Part shown: positions 13,384 to 26,807 of the stretch, piece by piece | Layout of the letters: every line of letters starts with the position of its first letter | Numbering within the stretch: position 1 is the first letter of the stretch | From: Octopus sinensis | Taxonomy: Eukaryota | Direction: 5' to 3' | Assembly: GCF_006345805.1 (NCBI RefSeq) | Contig: NC_043000.1 | Coordinates: 137,392,001 to 137,456,000 of the forward strand | Length of the DNA: 64,000 bases | Program-made: the position numbers and the translations under genes | Notes under the pieces: model-generated | Told to the model about the DNA's origin: nothing | Database searches by the model: none | Seen by the model: the letters and a program-made list of their open reading frames with translations, nothing else

Positions 13384-13424
<41 letters not shown>

Positions 13425-14033
13425 CCATTTCCTAATCCTTTATTATTTTTTTCCTCTTTCTTGATTGTCCTGAAACTTCTGTGTCTATTTTCCACCTGTT
13501 TGCTTTCCTTTCTGCCTTCCCTATTTTTCCAAAACAACAACAACAACAAAAACAAAAATATTTTTCTCCTTTTCTAAAGAAAGCAAAAAAGAAAAACCCC
13601 TGATTCATATAAATGAAAAACGAAACGTTCATTCTTTATCATTTTGATTTTGTCTTGACGAGTACAATCAACGAACGAAAGCACTAAGGAAGAATTACTC
13701 AAACTCCTTTTTCTAAATATTCTTTTATTCTTTTACTTGTTTCAGTCATTTGACTGCGGCCACGCTGTAGCAAAGTTTTAGTCGAACACATATGTGTGTG
13801 TGTGTGTGTGTGTGTGTGTTTATATATATAGAAAGTAAGTATAAATAGAAGAGATAAGTTTTAATTTAAGGTTGCATCGCAATTGGGGATTAATACATAC
13901 TCTACATAATAAGCAAATTATGAATAAAATTTGTGTTTACATTAAAGGATTGCATCAGAGAATCGATTGAGTAATGAGAGAATCGATTGAGTTATGAGCG
14001 ATTGTGGTGTCGAAATTTATGCGTGTGTGTGTG

Positions 14034-14064
<31 letters not shown>

Positions 14065-14082
14065 CTGTGTGTGTGTGTGTGT

Positions 14083-14358
14083 GGAGGCGCAATGGCCTAG
14101 TGGTTAGGGCAGCGGACTCGCGGTCGCAGGATCGCGGTTTCGATTCCCAGACCGGGCGTTGTGAGTGTTTATTGAGCGAAAACACCTAAAAAAGCTCCAC
14201 GAGGCTCCGGCAGGGGGTGGTGATCCCTGCTGTACTCCTTCTTCTGTCTGCCTGCTCGCTTAGCCAGCGGGGTGGCGTCATTCGAAGGCTAAAACAATGC
14301 GAACGCATTGTGACCAGCGATGTGTAGCTACATCTGATGGTCTGGTCGGTCACGTGAT

Positions 14359-14365
<7 letters not shown>
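14083..14365 (+). mobile_element. tRNA-derived SINE family A
   Basis: A box TGGCCTAGTGG and B box GTTTCGATTCC. Similar copies at 19150-19449 (-), 34857-35016 (+) and 54407-54710 (+). Confidence 0.8.
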
Positions 14366-14397
<32 letters not shown>

Positions 14398-17300
14398 GCC
14401 ATATAACTGTATGTATCTATACATGCATACATATATTGAAATAATTTTATGTATGTGAGGGAAGGTTAGTGTCTGGCAACATGGAATGTAATTATCTGAT
14501 GGTTAAGTTATCGAAATATGTTACTATCTATTTTCAGTGGAAAAATGGATACGTACTCTCTCAACTAGTCTCTTTCAGTCTGTTTCTAAGAAAATTTTGG
14601 GATGTAGTTTAACACAAGTCATCGGTATCATGGAGCCATCAGGAGCCCAGTATCAATCTTAAATGCTGTTGTAAAGTACTACTTAATATTATATAATTTG
14701 ATAATGTACTCTACACATAAGTTTTTTTTTATATCATTAAAATGAAATACGCATAAGATGACGGAACTGAATAATTTAAGACGTTTTTTGTTTTACACAC
14801 ACAGACACACATGTAAATACACACATACAAACATATATGTACACACATACTTTATTCTACATTCTCTCTCACACGCACATATAGTTGTACATACATGTAG
14901 ACATATATCCATACTTACATATATATATATTACACACACACGTATGTATGTATTGCTATGTTTGTTTTTCTATTTTATAGTAACTGATTATAGATATTAT
15001 GCCTGTGAGGTTAATACATTTGACAATATGCTTAAAGACTTTGATTTTAGTGATTAGATATCGATTTATGTGCTGCAGCACTTTTCTAGAATCATAAATA
15101 TCATCAATAAAATCTGCAGTTGTACAGCAATGAATTGCAACAGGTTTGATTTCACTCGAGTTGAAAAATGTCCGTAACATATTTACAGGTAATTGTCTAG
15201 TTCAGTAAGGTCTACGAGCAAAAGTGTATTCAGTAGGAAGGAACCTACGTCAGCTATTTACAACAGTGAAAAGTCTATGAACATGCTCACATACACCCAT
15301 AAATTCTTTTCCTATATTTATTTCTTATGTATATGTATATACAGCATGGCTGCGTAGTAAGAAGCTTGCTTCCCAACCATATGGTTCCGAGTACAGTTCC
15401 ACTGCGTGATACCTTGGGCAAGTGGTTTCTGCTATAGTTTCGGCGGACCAAAGTGTGTACACACACGCGCGCACACAAACGCCATTGCAGCTGAAATGAA
15501 ATAATATTCACAATATATTCTTAGTATAAGGTGGTCACAGTTGTGATTGCAATACTTCTTCCGAATTCTGTTAAGTTTTTAAAATTTTTTATTTCGAATG
15601 ATATGTTTTAGGTCTTAATATCGTCTTTGAAAAACACATTGTGTTAGGGCTTGCATTAGTGAATGAAAGGTTTAGCAAAGCAACGCCTTTAGTACAATTC
15701 AGAAGACTCAGGCGATTCATATAATTGAAAATAAACTTACCAAGCAATACCATTTTCTTTCTCCTAAAATGTCAAGGTATTATGATACCAACAAACTATA
15801 AGTAATTTTCCCCCCTCAGAAACCAAATAGAACACTATCTATTTCTAAGCTATGTATCGCTGTGTTATTTCGGATCTCAATATGTTTGATTTACTCTTCA
15901 TCTATTTCGCGTCGGTGAAATTTGTACCAACCAGTAATATATGAGGGAGCAACCGATAATATATGAGGAGACCAGTAATATAGGAGGGAAACCAGAAAGA
16001 AGTAGCGCAACGAATCAACTATATTATATCTAAATTAAAAGACACACTGAACAATAGTCAAAGTACGCCTTACTTAAACTTAAAAAATAAAAGACAGTGT
16101 TATCACGGATAAGAAGCCTTAATCAGAGGTTTAGTCAAGTATGGCTGACGTATGGTTAAACCACGGTAACAGCTACAACTTAGATATCAGTTTAAGTAAT
16201 ATTTTCAAAAGCTTTTCTACAAGACTGTCGCATCTACAAAATTAAAAGATGGGTTTTACCTACTGTCGATAGACATGAGAGTAAGTTGAAAAAAGCTGCT
16301 ATAATGTTTTATTTTCATCTTTTGTATTCTTTATACTCGTTTCGGTTACTGATTGCGGCCATGGAGGAGGACGATTTATTACTGAAAAATGAAATAATTC
16401 TGAAATTTGTTTCGTTAAAAGGTTTTATGTTTTTTTTTTTGGTATTCAGATCAAATAATAATGCCATCTTTTCATATTTTGTGTTTAATAGCACGATTAA
16501 TAGGTATATATTAAAACAAACCAATCTACGGCATCGTTTCATTTGTTTTTGTAACTCTAATAATATTCCCACTGGTCCATATAAGTGTTTTAAATTGGGT
16601 ATCTAAATGTTGCTATGAAAGATGCAGCCAGATCAATTGCATCTATGTTCTCTTTTTCTAGCCTGTTTATGGCCTTGTGATATATATCTAACGAGTTATT
16701 TCAAAGAACACAAATCGCAGAAAAAATCGTCCTTGATTATTAGCAGAGTCTTAAAAGTGTTGGAAACCGGCCACTTATGCTTTAAAGAGTTAACGCAAAA
16801 GATGATTCAGCCATTGATATACGTACGCACGACTGCACACAAGTCTGTGCACATGAAGTATTCATGTGTGAGACTCTGCGCTTTCATATTGTAAGCTGGG
16901 GGCATAATAAGAGTGAGAAAAAGGATTAACCAAGACATGTCTGAAATTTGATACACGATATAAAATGACAGGGTCGGAATTTGAACGGCTCAAGAGACGT
17001 AAGCGAACAATATTTACGAAAATCGATCATTTGAAATGAGAGCAACTTGTGTCTAAGCCAAAAGGTTTGTTACCAAGTGGAAATGACTGATGTATTTATT
17101 TCTAACCCTTCCAGCCTTTCAAGTAACTTTAAATCGCCTGCTTACTAAGGTTCTTCTATCGATTTGTTTGTTTTGACCCCTGACAATAGAATCGATCGAA
17201 AGAAATCATACTAATGCGTAGTACTTTATTAACATAGCAATGGCGTTTTTGTTGATTTCTTTTATTTTAATATCTCGAATGCTTTAGCGTGTAATACAAC

Positions 17301-17679
17301 GCTTTTAAGCCTAAACGAGTCAATAATAAACTTTTGATCCACCCAATAACCTTTCAATCACACCCTACTTTAAAACGGATCTGATTTTATATCCGCTTTG
17401 CCTTGCACGCCAGCGTTAGCAAAGCTTGTGATTTAAAATATAGGCAGAACACAGTTGATATAGTTGGTAAATACATTCATGGCAATAAAGAAGGCCAAAA
17501 AGAAATGAGAATTGAAGGGAAATATTCACAGGAGAAAATTAATATTAAACAGAATTACAACATTCGGGAGCGTTTCATGTATACGTCTCGCTCTCTTTCA
17601 AGACACCCACACACATACACACACGCATAGACACACAAACACACACACACACAAACATACATATATGTATTCGTTTCAA

Positions 17680-17885
17680 ATTTTTGACACAAGGCCAGCA
17701 ATTTCGGGGTTAGGATTAAGTCAATTATATCGACCACAGTGCTCAACTGGTACTTAATACATTGATAACGAAATCATTTAAAGCAGGGTCGACGTCAGAA
17801 CGTAGAATCGAACTCAAAGAACATAAAGACGGACGAAATGCTACTAAGCAATTTTACCGGCGTGCTAACGATTTTGCTAACTTAC
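17680..17885 (-). mobile_element. SINE family C copy (diverged)
   Basis: Reverse complement resembles 26486-26715 (GTTAGCACGCCGG.., GTACCAGTTGAGCACTG.GGTCGA). Confidence 0.65.
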
Positions 17886-17894
17886 CTTATATTC

Positions 17895-18257
17895 TATTAT
17901 TTGTTTCAGTCATTTCACTGCTAGAGCACCGCTTTTAGTCGAACAAATCGACTCCAGGACTTATGCTTTTGTAAGCCTAATACTTATTCTATCAGGTCCT
18001 TTTGCCGAACCGCTACGTTACGGGGACGTAAACACACCAAAATTGGTTGCCAAGGGATTGCGGGAAACATCGACAAAAACATGTATATATACACAAAACG
18101 AACTTCTTTCAGTTTCCGTCTACCAAATCCACTCACAAGATTTTGGTCGATCCGAGGCTATAGCAGAAGACACTTGCCCAACTTGCCACGCAGTGGAACT
18201 GAACACGGAACCATGTGGTTGGTAAGGAAGCTACTTACCACACAGCTACTCCTGCGT
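17895..18257 (-). mobile_element. SINE family B copy
   Basis: Reverse complement matches 57288-57657. Confidence 0.75.
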
Positions 18258-18383
18258 CTATATATATATAAATATATATTTACATACATGCATACATACA
18301 TTCATACATACATACACACACATGTATGCATGTATATATGTATATATGTGTATATAGATATATATATGTATATATAAGCATAC

Positions 18384-18440
<57 letters not shown>

Positions 18441-19149
18441 AATGTCATTGACAAGAAAGCACATAAAGCCATAAGTCAAATTATTTATTATCTTAACTCG
18501 GTCTTCAAATGATCAATAGCCTTTGAATTTTATTGCTATTAAGGACAGCTTTATATAAATTTCCACACCGAAAGTTTAGCTCTGGCATAATTCTATATAT
18601 ACAGTCTAATTTCAATTAAAATCCTGTTCAGTGTTTCTCCTAGGGGATGATTTCCATTTGTACGTTTTATCATAAAAGCACTGGGATATGTGACGACAGA
18701 TTTGCATAAAGGCTTAAGATGCCTGGCTTCTCGAAGAACGCATAAAGTAAACTTATTCGCATCATCAAAATACAATCGATTTGTGGTACTGCAAAAATTT
18801 CTTAGGCATTGTAGATATTCTCCATTTGAGGTTTCTCTAAAGAATATATGCTTGTGCATGTTGTATACATACAGACAAACACAGAAGCAATAATGAAGTA
18901 GATATAACTATGTAATTAAGTGAATGCACACATGCTACATGAGTGCAAGTTTATGTACGCACACACCTGAATGTATGCACATATTAAATAATTCACATAT
19001 TCGCGAAACCCAAGGGGTGTCATGTCTTTCACAAACTAACCGAATATTTTGTTAGTGAGCAGTTTGAATTCTATAAAGGGAAGAAACGGTAAAAAGAGAA
19101 ATACAAACATTTATATATACATACATACATACATACATGTTTTAAAATT

Positions 19150-19448
19150 TTATCTATGCGCCCTTTTCAAGCCTAGCCAGACTCATGAGCCCGGTTTCCC
19201 GGTTTCTGTGGCGTATGTGTTCCCCTCAGCTGGACGGGACGCCAGTCCATCACAGCGTTACTCAAGAAACAAGAGTGAAAGTTGGGGCGAAAGAGTACAA
19301 CAGGGGTCGCCTCCCCCCCCCCTGCCGGAGCCTCGTGGAGCATTAGGTGTTTTCGCTCAATAAACACGCACAACGGCCGGTCAGGGAATCGAAACCGCGA
19401 TCCTCCAACCGCGAGTCCGCTGTCCTAACCACTGGGCCATTGCGCCTC

Positions 19449-19449
<1 letters not shown>
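19150..19449 (-). mobile_element. SINE family A copy with an alternative 3' tail
   Basis: Head and body match 14083 up to about CTGTACTC; the 3' part is different. Confidence 0.75.
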
Positions 19450-19500
<51 letters not shown>

Positions 19501-19814
19501 CAACAGCAGTTTGGCAGCGTTGTCAGAATGCTAAGCAAGGTAAAATGCCTTGCGGCATTCATTCTAGATCTTAGTGCTTTACTTCAACTTCTGCTTTTCT
19601 GCTGATGTTAACCTTGCCTTCCATTACTGTGCGGTCGATAACTAAAATTTCAGTCGAATACTGGAGCTGATTTTTTTTTCTCAAATTCTCACAATCTCTT
19701 TCTCTGTGGAAGAAATCGACTGTCTTCAGACCTGGAGAGGGTTGGGCTATGGATTTGAAATACACACGATATGTCACGAAGTAGCGCACTTGCAAATCTA
19801 TTATATATTTCTTT

Positions 19815-20445
19815 ATTGCCCACAAGGCGCTAAACATAGAAAGGGCAAATAAGGACAGACAAAGTTAAGTCGATTACATCGACCCCAGTGCTTAACTGGT
19901 ACTTATTTAATCGACCCCGAAAGGATGAAAGGCGAAGTTGACCTCGGCGGAATTTGAACTCAGAACGTAACGGCAGACGTAATACTTATTTCTTTACTAC
20001 CCACAAGGGGATAAACACAGATAGGACAAACAAGGACAGACACACGGATTAAGTCGATTACATTGACCCCAGTGCGTAACTGGTACTTAATTTATCGACC
20101 CCGAAAGGATGAAAGACAAAGTCGACCTTGGCGGAATTTGAACTCAGAACGTAATGGCAGACGAAATACGGCTACGCATTTCGCCCGGCGTGCTAACGAT
20201 TCTGCAAGCTCACCGTTTTATAATCCCTACCTAATATTCTTTTCTACTCTAGGCACAAGGCCCGAAATTTTGGGCTAGTCGATTAGATCGATCCCTGTAT
20301 GCAACTGATACTTAATTTATCGACTCCGAAAGGATAAAAGGTAATGTCGACCTCGGCGGAATTTGAACTCAGAACGTAAAGACTGACGAAATACTACTAA
20401 GCATTTTGCCCGGCGTGCTAACGTGTTCGCCAGTTCGTCGCCTCA
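19815..20445 (-). mobile_element. Cluster of three head-to-tail SINE family C copies
   Basis: Three occurrences of TCGAC(C/T)CCGAAAGGAT.AAAG..AA.GT(C/T)GACC(T)CGGCGGAATTTGAACTCAGAACGTA. Confidence 0.8.
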
Positions 20446-21710
20446 TAATTCCTACCTAATATTATTTCCTTTCTGCTCACGATCGAGTGAATGGAATTAT
20501 GAATATATCCAAAGATATACTGCTTGAATGTAGTTCTAAGTAAAAATTAAAATAACAACAACAAACAAACAAGCAAAAAACGAAGGTAACCTTGTTTTGA
20601 TTGACTTTATGCTTTCCTTCGCCCTATTAGAATAACAACCGTCCTTTTCTGAAATAACACCCAGCCATTTCGAAACAGAGAAGATACGTAGCGCAACGTA
20701 ATCGTACATGAATTGTGCTCGTAAACGGTATGATATTGTCATTGAAGGACACACTTTCGCTATAGACCAAGGTGAACAAGAACAACAGCAGAAATAAAGT
20801 AGCAGCAGCAACAACAACATCAATAAGAGCAACACAACAATAACACCTACGTATTTCCGATAGTTTAATAAAGAAATGGACACGGAATATTTATTGAAAC
20901 AAAATTAAATTGGGTAAAGTTGGTTTGTTCAGACACGACAATAGCTGAATCATAAAATATGGAAGAGAAGTATTCCGTCGGGTGACCGAGCTTTACAGAT
21001 GATTAATCTAAGTCGCATTTCTAAACTATTTATAGTATAAAGTAACGTTATTTAATAGATCATAAAGAATATGAAATTATTAATAATGAATTTATTATAC
21101 ACCCGAAATTGTTTTATAGAAACGTTAGAAATATTTTCTTAGTAGATAACAATAAATGCTATAGAAGGGCCGCCAGACTCAGAGATCTTTTAGAGTTTGA
21201 TCAGAATTGTATTCAACATTAATTTTCCTCATTAGATAAAGATTTCGTTTTAACTTTCAAAACATGGAGTCTGAATTACAAAGATTACTTTCTGAAACTA
21301 CAAAGCAGTTAAAATGTAGATCTTACAAAGATATTCTTCATTTATAAATATTTTAAACTTACTCTGATTCTCTGTCTTCTGAAAATTTCCAGTTCGTATT
21401 TTTCAAATAAAAAAATATTTCTCTCTCCATTTGTTTGCAATTATCTTTAGAATTTAATTCAATGAGTAGATATTGTTTGAGAAGATTTAATTTTTCCTCT
21501 TTTTTTTTGTTTTTGTTTAGCTTTAATTGAGTTTTATTATTTCGACTATTTTCCAAGCCTTGTTATTGCTGAAAGCTACTTATTTCTTTGGCATTGCGAA
21601 TTCTAATATGATTTGATGACTTGATGTATTTATGAATTGCCTACGGCTTAGCATTTCGATTTCTACATCCATCCATCCATTCATTGTATTTATATATGTA
21701 TATATATGTA

Positions 21711-21776
<66 letters not shown>

Positions 21777-21796
21777 GTATATATATGTAGTGTATA

Positions 21797-21830
<34 letters not shown>

Positions 21831-22409
21831 CGTATATATATGTAAAATGTAATGTATTTGTACGTGAACACATTCACTTATGTATATATAAAAGAAAATG
21901 TGCGTAGGTGTGTGGGTGTGTAGTTACACACTTGCAATCTTACTACCTATCACGGTCAAATATATCAAATACAGTAAACGCAATATTAATACATGCAGAA
22001 CAATATTTCGTTTACAGTTTCTATTACAACGTTTAAATGTCCAATTAGGCCACTGTGAGTTCGACCAGTGTTTCAAATGTTCTTTTTGTTTTGCAATAGT
22101 CAAAGTGTTGGCAAATCTATTTACGTCTTAAGTACTATATCTTCATCGTTATACTATAATAATAATGCTAAATCAGCCTACATTCATCTTTTCCAGCAGA
22201 CCTCGGTATGCCTTTCTTATGCTTCTCAAGTGCACTCGACTTCAAACACCAACGAACCAGCAATCAAACAACTTTGCCACCGAATACAGAACACCTTTTC
22301 CAGTACATTTCAAATCTTTAGGACTGAAAGTATAAGTATAGCCAATATGTAAGATTGGTCTTGTCAGATTGTGGAGGTGCTGGAGCGATGACGAGTAAAT
22401 GTCTGTCGT

Positions 22410-22965
22410 GCGCTAAAGCTAATAGGGAAACTCCTCAAAGCAAGAAAAATCAATACAAACTCTTCTGGTTGAGTAATAGTAACTGCCATGACGGGGTAGG
22501 AATTTGCTTTAGCTGACAAATGATATATGCATGTTGTGCGATAGGATAAACTAAGATGAGATTAGTTATAGGCAACTCAACAGCGGCATCTTTCTCCACG
22601 TTTGTCTGCATGATTGATGGATGAATAGAAGGACTGTTTCTGACACCATTCTGATGACTACCCCAATGTCCGTTAACATTGACTAAAATATTTTGGCTGG
22701 CGACTACAACAAACATGTTGGCCAACAACAAGATGATAGTTTTCGTAGATAAATGGAAATTATAGATCACTGTTCAAGAAAGGAGCAGGGTGTAAGGCTC
22801 CTCTGTGGTATAACAGTTCTAACAATTTGTAACAAACACGTTAAGAAAACAGCAAACCGCCTCATCACCTACCAATCTGACGAACACTCAAGTTACAGGA
22901 AGTGGAACAGAAGAACTATTGTAAATGCCGCAACTTCTCTAACATAAATTAGTGACCATTGACTT
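22410..22965 (+). pseudogene. Degraded RTE-clade LINE APE endonuclease fragment
   Basis: Translates to YKLFW.SN...GVGI, LAGDYNKHVGQQQD and GVRLL..ITVLTICNKHVKK..RLITYQS (GDFNGHVG-type APE), with many stops. Confidence 0.6.
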
Positions 22966-23074
22966 CAAAGTCAGAGCTAAGCAGGCACGGAAATAGACGA
23001 CAATATAAAAAAGAGATTCGCGAACTAAAACACTCTGCAATTGAACAGTTTTAGAGAAATCATAATTGACGTAT

Positions 23075-25145
23075 ATAACAGTTGGGTATTAGTGGGTGAT
23101 TGGAACGCTATTTTGGATGCACGTCTGGACTGGGTGGGTGTAGCTGACAGTAGAACCATGCAAACCTTTTCAGTCATTTTCAACTCACCGACAAGTACGG
23201 ACTGGATTTCCCTGATGCACCAATGTGGAGTTGGGCAAATCGCATAGGGCCAACACGCTCACATTTAGATAGGTTGTTATGTAGGCCAACAAGTCAAGAT
23301 AGTATAGGATGTCCACAATTTCAAGTAGTCGACTACACAGACCACAAATTTGTGATCTGTACGGTTGACCAACATAGGCTTGATAGTAAGGGCCCCGGAT
23401 ACTGGAAACTGAACACGTCCTTCCAGACGAGCCAAGCTTTCAGAGACAGGGTCAGCAAGTAACTCCATCGAAAGTTGACGAGTACTGTAGTCAACAACCG
23501 ATGGTGGGTAGCTCTGAAAAGGACAATTAAAGTAGAGGCATTAAGGTTTAGCAAGGAAATAGTGATAGAGAATTCTAGAGTAGACGGAAATTTAGGCACT
23601 TAGTTAAGGCATAGCGACCGGTGTGCTGGCGACGAAATTGGCACTTGATCAATTCTTCAACGCTAAGTATGAAGCATGCGTTGTCAGAACCAGGGCACGT
23701 ACTCTAAAATATGAGAGAACGAAAACCGTTCGATGGGCCCGAGTGACTGAGGTACAACATGAAAACAAAACCACAAGTCGGTCTTTGACGTTGCAGAACG
23801 GGCACATGACAAAAAAGTCCAAGTAGATGTGTGCAGAATTTCGACAGCACTTTGCTGAACTGTACGGGGCGCGTTGCCGCACGGAGACAGTGTTGGATTT
23901 CACCTCCTACCTCGACGGTCTGCCGCAGCTCTTGACCAGGTATGCAGAGTTCTGCGAAATACCGATAACAGCCGAAGATATTCTTTAGGCGTTGTTTAAC
24001 TGCACTAGGGAAAGGTTTTCGGGTTTGGATGGTATGCTCTTCGAGCTTTATACTCATACGCCAGACTTGTTCGGTGAACTCTTGGTAGATGTCTACTGCA
24101 ATTGGCAACAGAACGGGAGAATTCCCAGTCTGGTGATGCTGTTGAGAAAGGACTTGAACAAGTGGGACGTCATCGATAACTTTAGACCTGTAACTCTGCT
24201 AAACACTGATTACAAGATTTTGGCCAATGTGTTAGCGAAGAGGTAGACGCTTGTCGTTACTACACTGGTCGGTGATGTGCAAACATGCGCTATCCCAAAC
24301 AGATGTATCCACGACAACCTCCACCTCACGCGATACATCATAGAGAGAGTAGGTAAAGAACCTGGCATGGGTGTGGCCCAGATCAATTTGGATCAATCGT
24401 AAGAATTTGATAGGGTTGACCATCAATACTTGGAGCCTGTCCTGAAGGTGGATGGTTTTGGTCCCGTTTTCTGATGCTGGATCGTTGCAATGTATAGCGA
24501 CATGTTCTGTGGTCAAAGATTCCTTTCGGAATCGTTTAACATCGTGCGTACGGTTTGTCAAGGATGCCCACTCTCACCCTTTCTGTACGTGCTGGCTCAC
24601 GAGCTATTACTGTGGAAGCTGAAAGTTTCGAGAGGCATCCCACGTGAACTAGGATGGGGATTTTTCGTGTCAGCATATGCTGATGACGTCACAGTTATAG
24701 TGTCGGACGTCTCGGAAATCATAGCAATTGGCACTACACTAAAGGAATACGAAGCGGTGACAGGAGCAAAGATTAACCAATAGAAGCCAGTGGGCCTTCA
24801 GCTCGGTACCTGGAGAGACAGGCCTATGCCAACCGATTGTGTTGTTGGACGCTGGACGGAAGGACCGGTTAAACTGCTTGGATCTGGTTTTGGTTCAGAT
24901 CTCCAAGTGGACAAGAACTGCGAAGAGGTCACAAGCAAGGTGACCAATCTCACCCAGAAATGGGGTGAGAGAAAGCTGTCCATGAAAGGTCGGATGGAGG
25001 TGGCAAATGTGTACATCGCATCCATCATCTATTACCATCTGTTCCTTGCTCTGCTAAGTGGTTGATTAAGCTGGGGCGCTTTCTCTTCCACTTTCTATGG
25101 AAAGGACAGATTCCGCTTGTCAAACGGTTCCTTTGCTGTCACATA
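23075..25145 (+). pseudogene. Older degraded Tx1 ORF2 copy (end of APE through RT)
   Basis: LVGDWNAILD, YTDHK, GPGYWKLN, NFRPVTLLNTDYKILA, CQGCPLSPFLY and YADD are colinear with 9950-12070. Many stops. Confidence 0.88.
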
Positions 25146-25189
25146 AAGCAAATCATACAAATCTGCACGTGCACATACATACATATATA

Positions 25190-25301
25190 CATACTTACCT
25201 ACCTACCTACCTACCTACCTACCTACCTACCTACCTACCTACCGACCTACCTACCTACTTGCCTACCTACCTACTTACCTAATTACCTATCTATCTATCT
25301 G

Positions 25302-25380
<79 letters not shown>
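25190..25380. repeat. (CTAC)n followed by (CTAT)n
   Basis: Direct inspection. Confidence 0.95.
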
Positions 25381-25382
<2 letters not shown>

Positions 25383-25384
<2 letters not shown>

Positions 25385-25785
25385 GGCTCCGTCATTCACA
25401 CATGTAGCAAGGATGGCACGTGTGAATGACGGAGCCAGCTTGAGCATAATGCTATGAACCATACTAAAAAACAGAAACCTAAAGGAAAATACAGAGCCAC
25501 TTACTGCAATGTGTTTTCTTTTTGCATGACACTATTGTCCAAGGTTCCCGTGGTCTTTTCCGTAGGCTTTTCTATCCACGGACAAACCTAATCTGTTTTC
25601 CCTTTTTACATTGACATTCTGTGATACACAATACCTATTGACCAGCCCCACTTTTTGTTTCTATTCACGATCCCTTTTGAGGGGAATTCACGCTTCCCTC
25701 CCTTCTCTCCTCTTCTTCCCGAAAAGAGAAGCTCTACTTTGCATTTTGTCATTTCTGTATTCAGCCCTGCGTGGCCAATAAGGAA
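25383..25785 (+). mobile_element. 5'-truncated Tx1 3' fragment with a 19-nt fold-back inversion, between CTAT tracts
   Basis: Encodes VARMARVNDGASLSIML* (the ORF2 end), has a 3' UTR stem-loop like 13065-13114, and ends CCAATAAGGAA then ATCTATCT. Confidence 0.8.
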
Positions 25786-26485
25786 ATCTATCTATCTATT
25801 TCTCACTCTCCCCCCTCTCTCTCTATCTATCTATCTCTCTATCTATACACATACATACATACATACTCGTATCTAAGAGGAGATTTCGCTAAACCGCATG
25901 AATTTCAACTACTGTAAGAGAATATATGTATAAAAGTTAATCAAAAATGGTTCGTAATTGACAACGAGAAGTAATACAAGTTGCGTTAAAGTATGTCTAG
26001 CTTACATAATCATTACATAGTATAGATAGTCATCTCTGTATCGTAAAATCTAATATTACTACAAATACCAAAAAATAAAAGCAACGTTCTGGATTTAAGT
26101 ATTTTGGAAACGAATCGTATTTCAGTAGATAACTTCATACGAGAATCACGCAAGCTTATTACGACAAATGACTGGAGGATTTATAATAAAGACATGGCAG
26201 TGAGAAAACTATGATAATTACTATTGCAAATTCCTTTTCGATTTGAGAGACAATGCTGTCATGTCATATTTATTGATTCATTTTTATATATTTTAAAATG
26301 CAAAATACTGTTGAGTAACTATTATAGGTAAGCAGCAGGACTCTCTCATTTCTCGTGAAGTATATTTGCCTCTTACATGTGGCTAACCCTTAATGGTGGA
26401 TGCTACTGTAGCTTGTAGTACCAGGAGGACACCGCCTCCGACTGGCTATTGACACACTTTCTGTGCCCTATCAGTATTTGCAAAG

Positions 26486-26715
26486 GTGGCGAGCTGGCAG
26501 AAACGTTAGCACGCCGGGCGAAATGCTTTGCGGTATTTCGTCTGCCGCTACGTTCTGAGTTCAAATTCCGCCGAGGTCGACTTTGCCTTTCATCCTTTTG
26601 GGGTCGATAAATTAAGTACCAGTTACGCACTGGGGTCGATGTAATCGACTTAATACCTTTGTCTGTCCTTGTTAGTACCCTCTGTGTTTAGCCCCTTGTG
26701 GGTAGTAAAGAAATA
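26486..26715 (+). mobile_element. SINE family C copy with 14-bp target-site duplication
   Basis: AGTATTTGCAAAGG at 26473-26486 and 26716-26729. Head TGGCGAGCTGGCAGAA, B-box-like GAGTTCAAATTCC, central CCTTTCATCCTTTTGGGGTCGATAAATTAAGTACC. Confidence 0.85.
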
Positions 26716-26766
26716 AGTATTTGCAAAGGGAAGCTATCCTTCGTATCTTCAATCAGAGATGATACT

Positions 26767-26807
26767 CACGGACTCGAGTTTCTGGGTATTGACTCGTCAT
26801 CAGCGTG
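26767..26807 (-). ncRNA. Type I hammerhead motif (helix II degenerate) inside an 18-bp inverted repeat
   Basis: Minus strand reads CACG-CTGATGA-C-GAGT-caat-ACCC-A-GAAA-CTCGAG-TC-CGTG. Helix I is 4 bp, helix III is the palindrome ACTCGAGT, and the cleavage triplet is GUC. Confidence 0.6.

Noticed and set aside
14538-14662. Candidate terminal host exon (TTTTCAG acceptor, VEKWIRTLST...QYQS*)
   Set aside because: No recognisable homology and no partner exons; would need RNA-seq or BLASTX.
15930-15995. Three ~20-bp direct repeats ACCAGTAATATATGAGG
   Set aside because: An ordinary short minisatellite with no spacers; not CRISPR-like.
20605-20765. Candidate minus-strand exon after a pyrimidine-rich tract
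   Set aside because: Weak donor and unrecognised peptide; the tract is a trinucleotide microsatellite.
22648-22890. CTGATGA and CTGACGA heptamers (also at the YADD codons near 24680)
   Set aside because: They lie in LINE coding remnants and lack helix II/GAAA/helix III.
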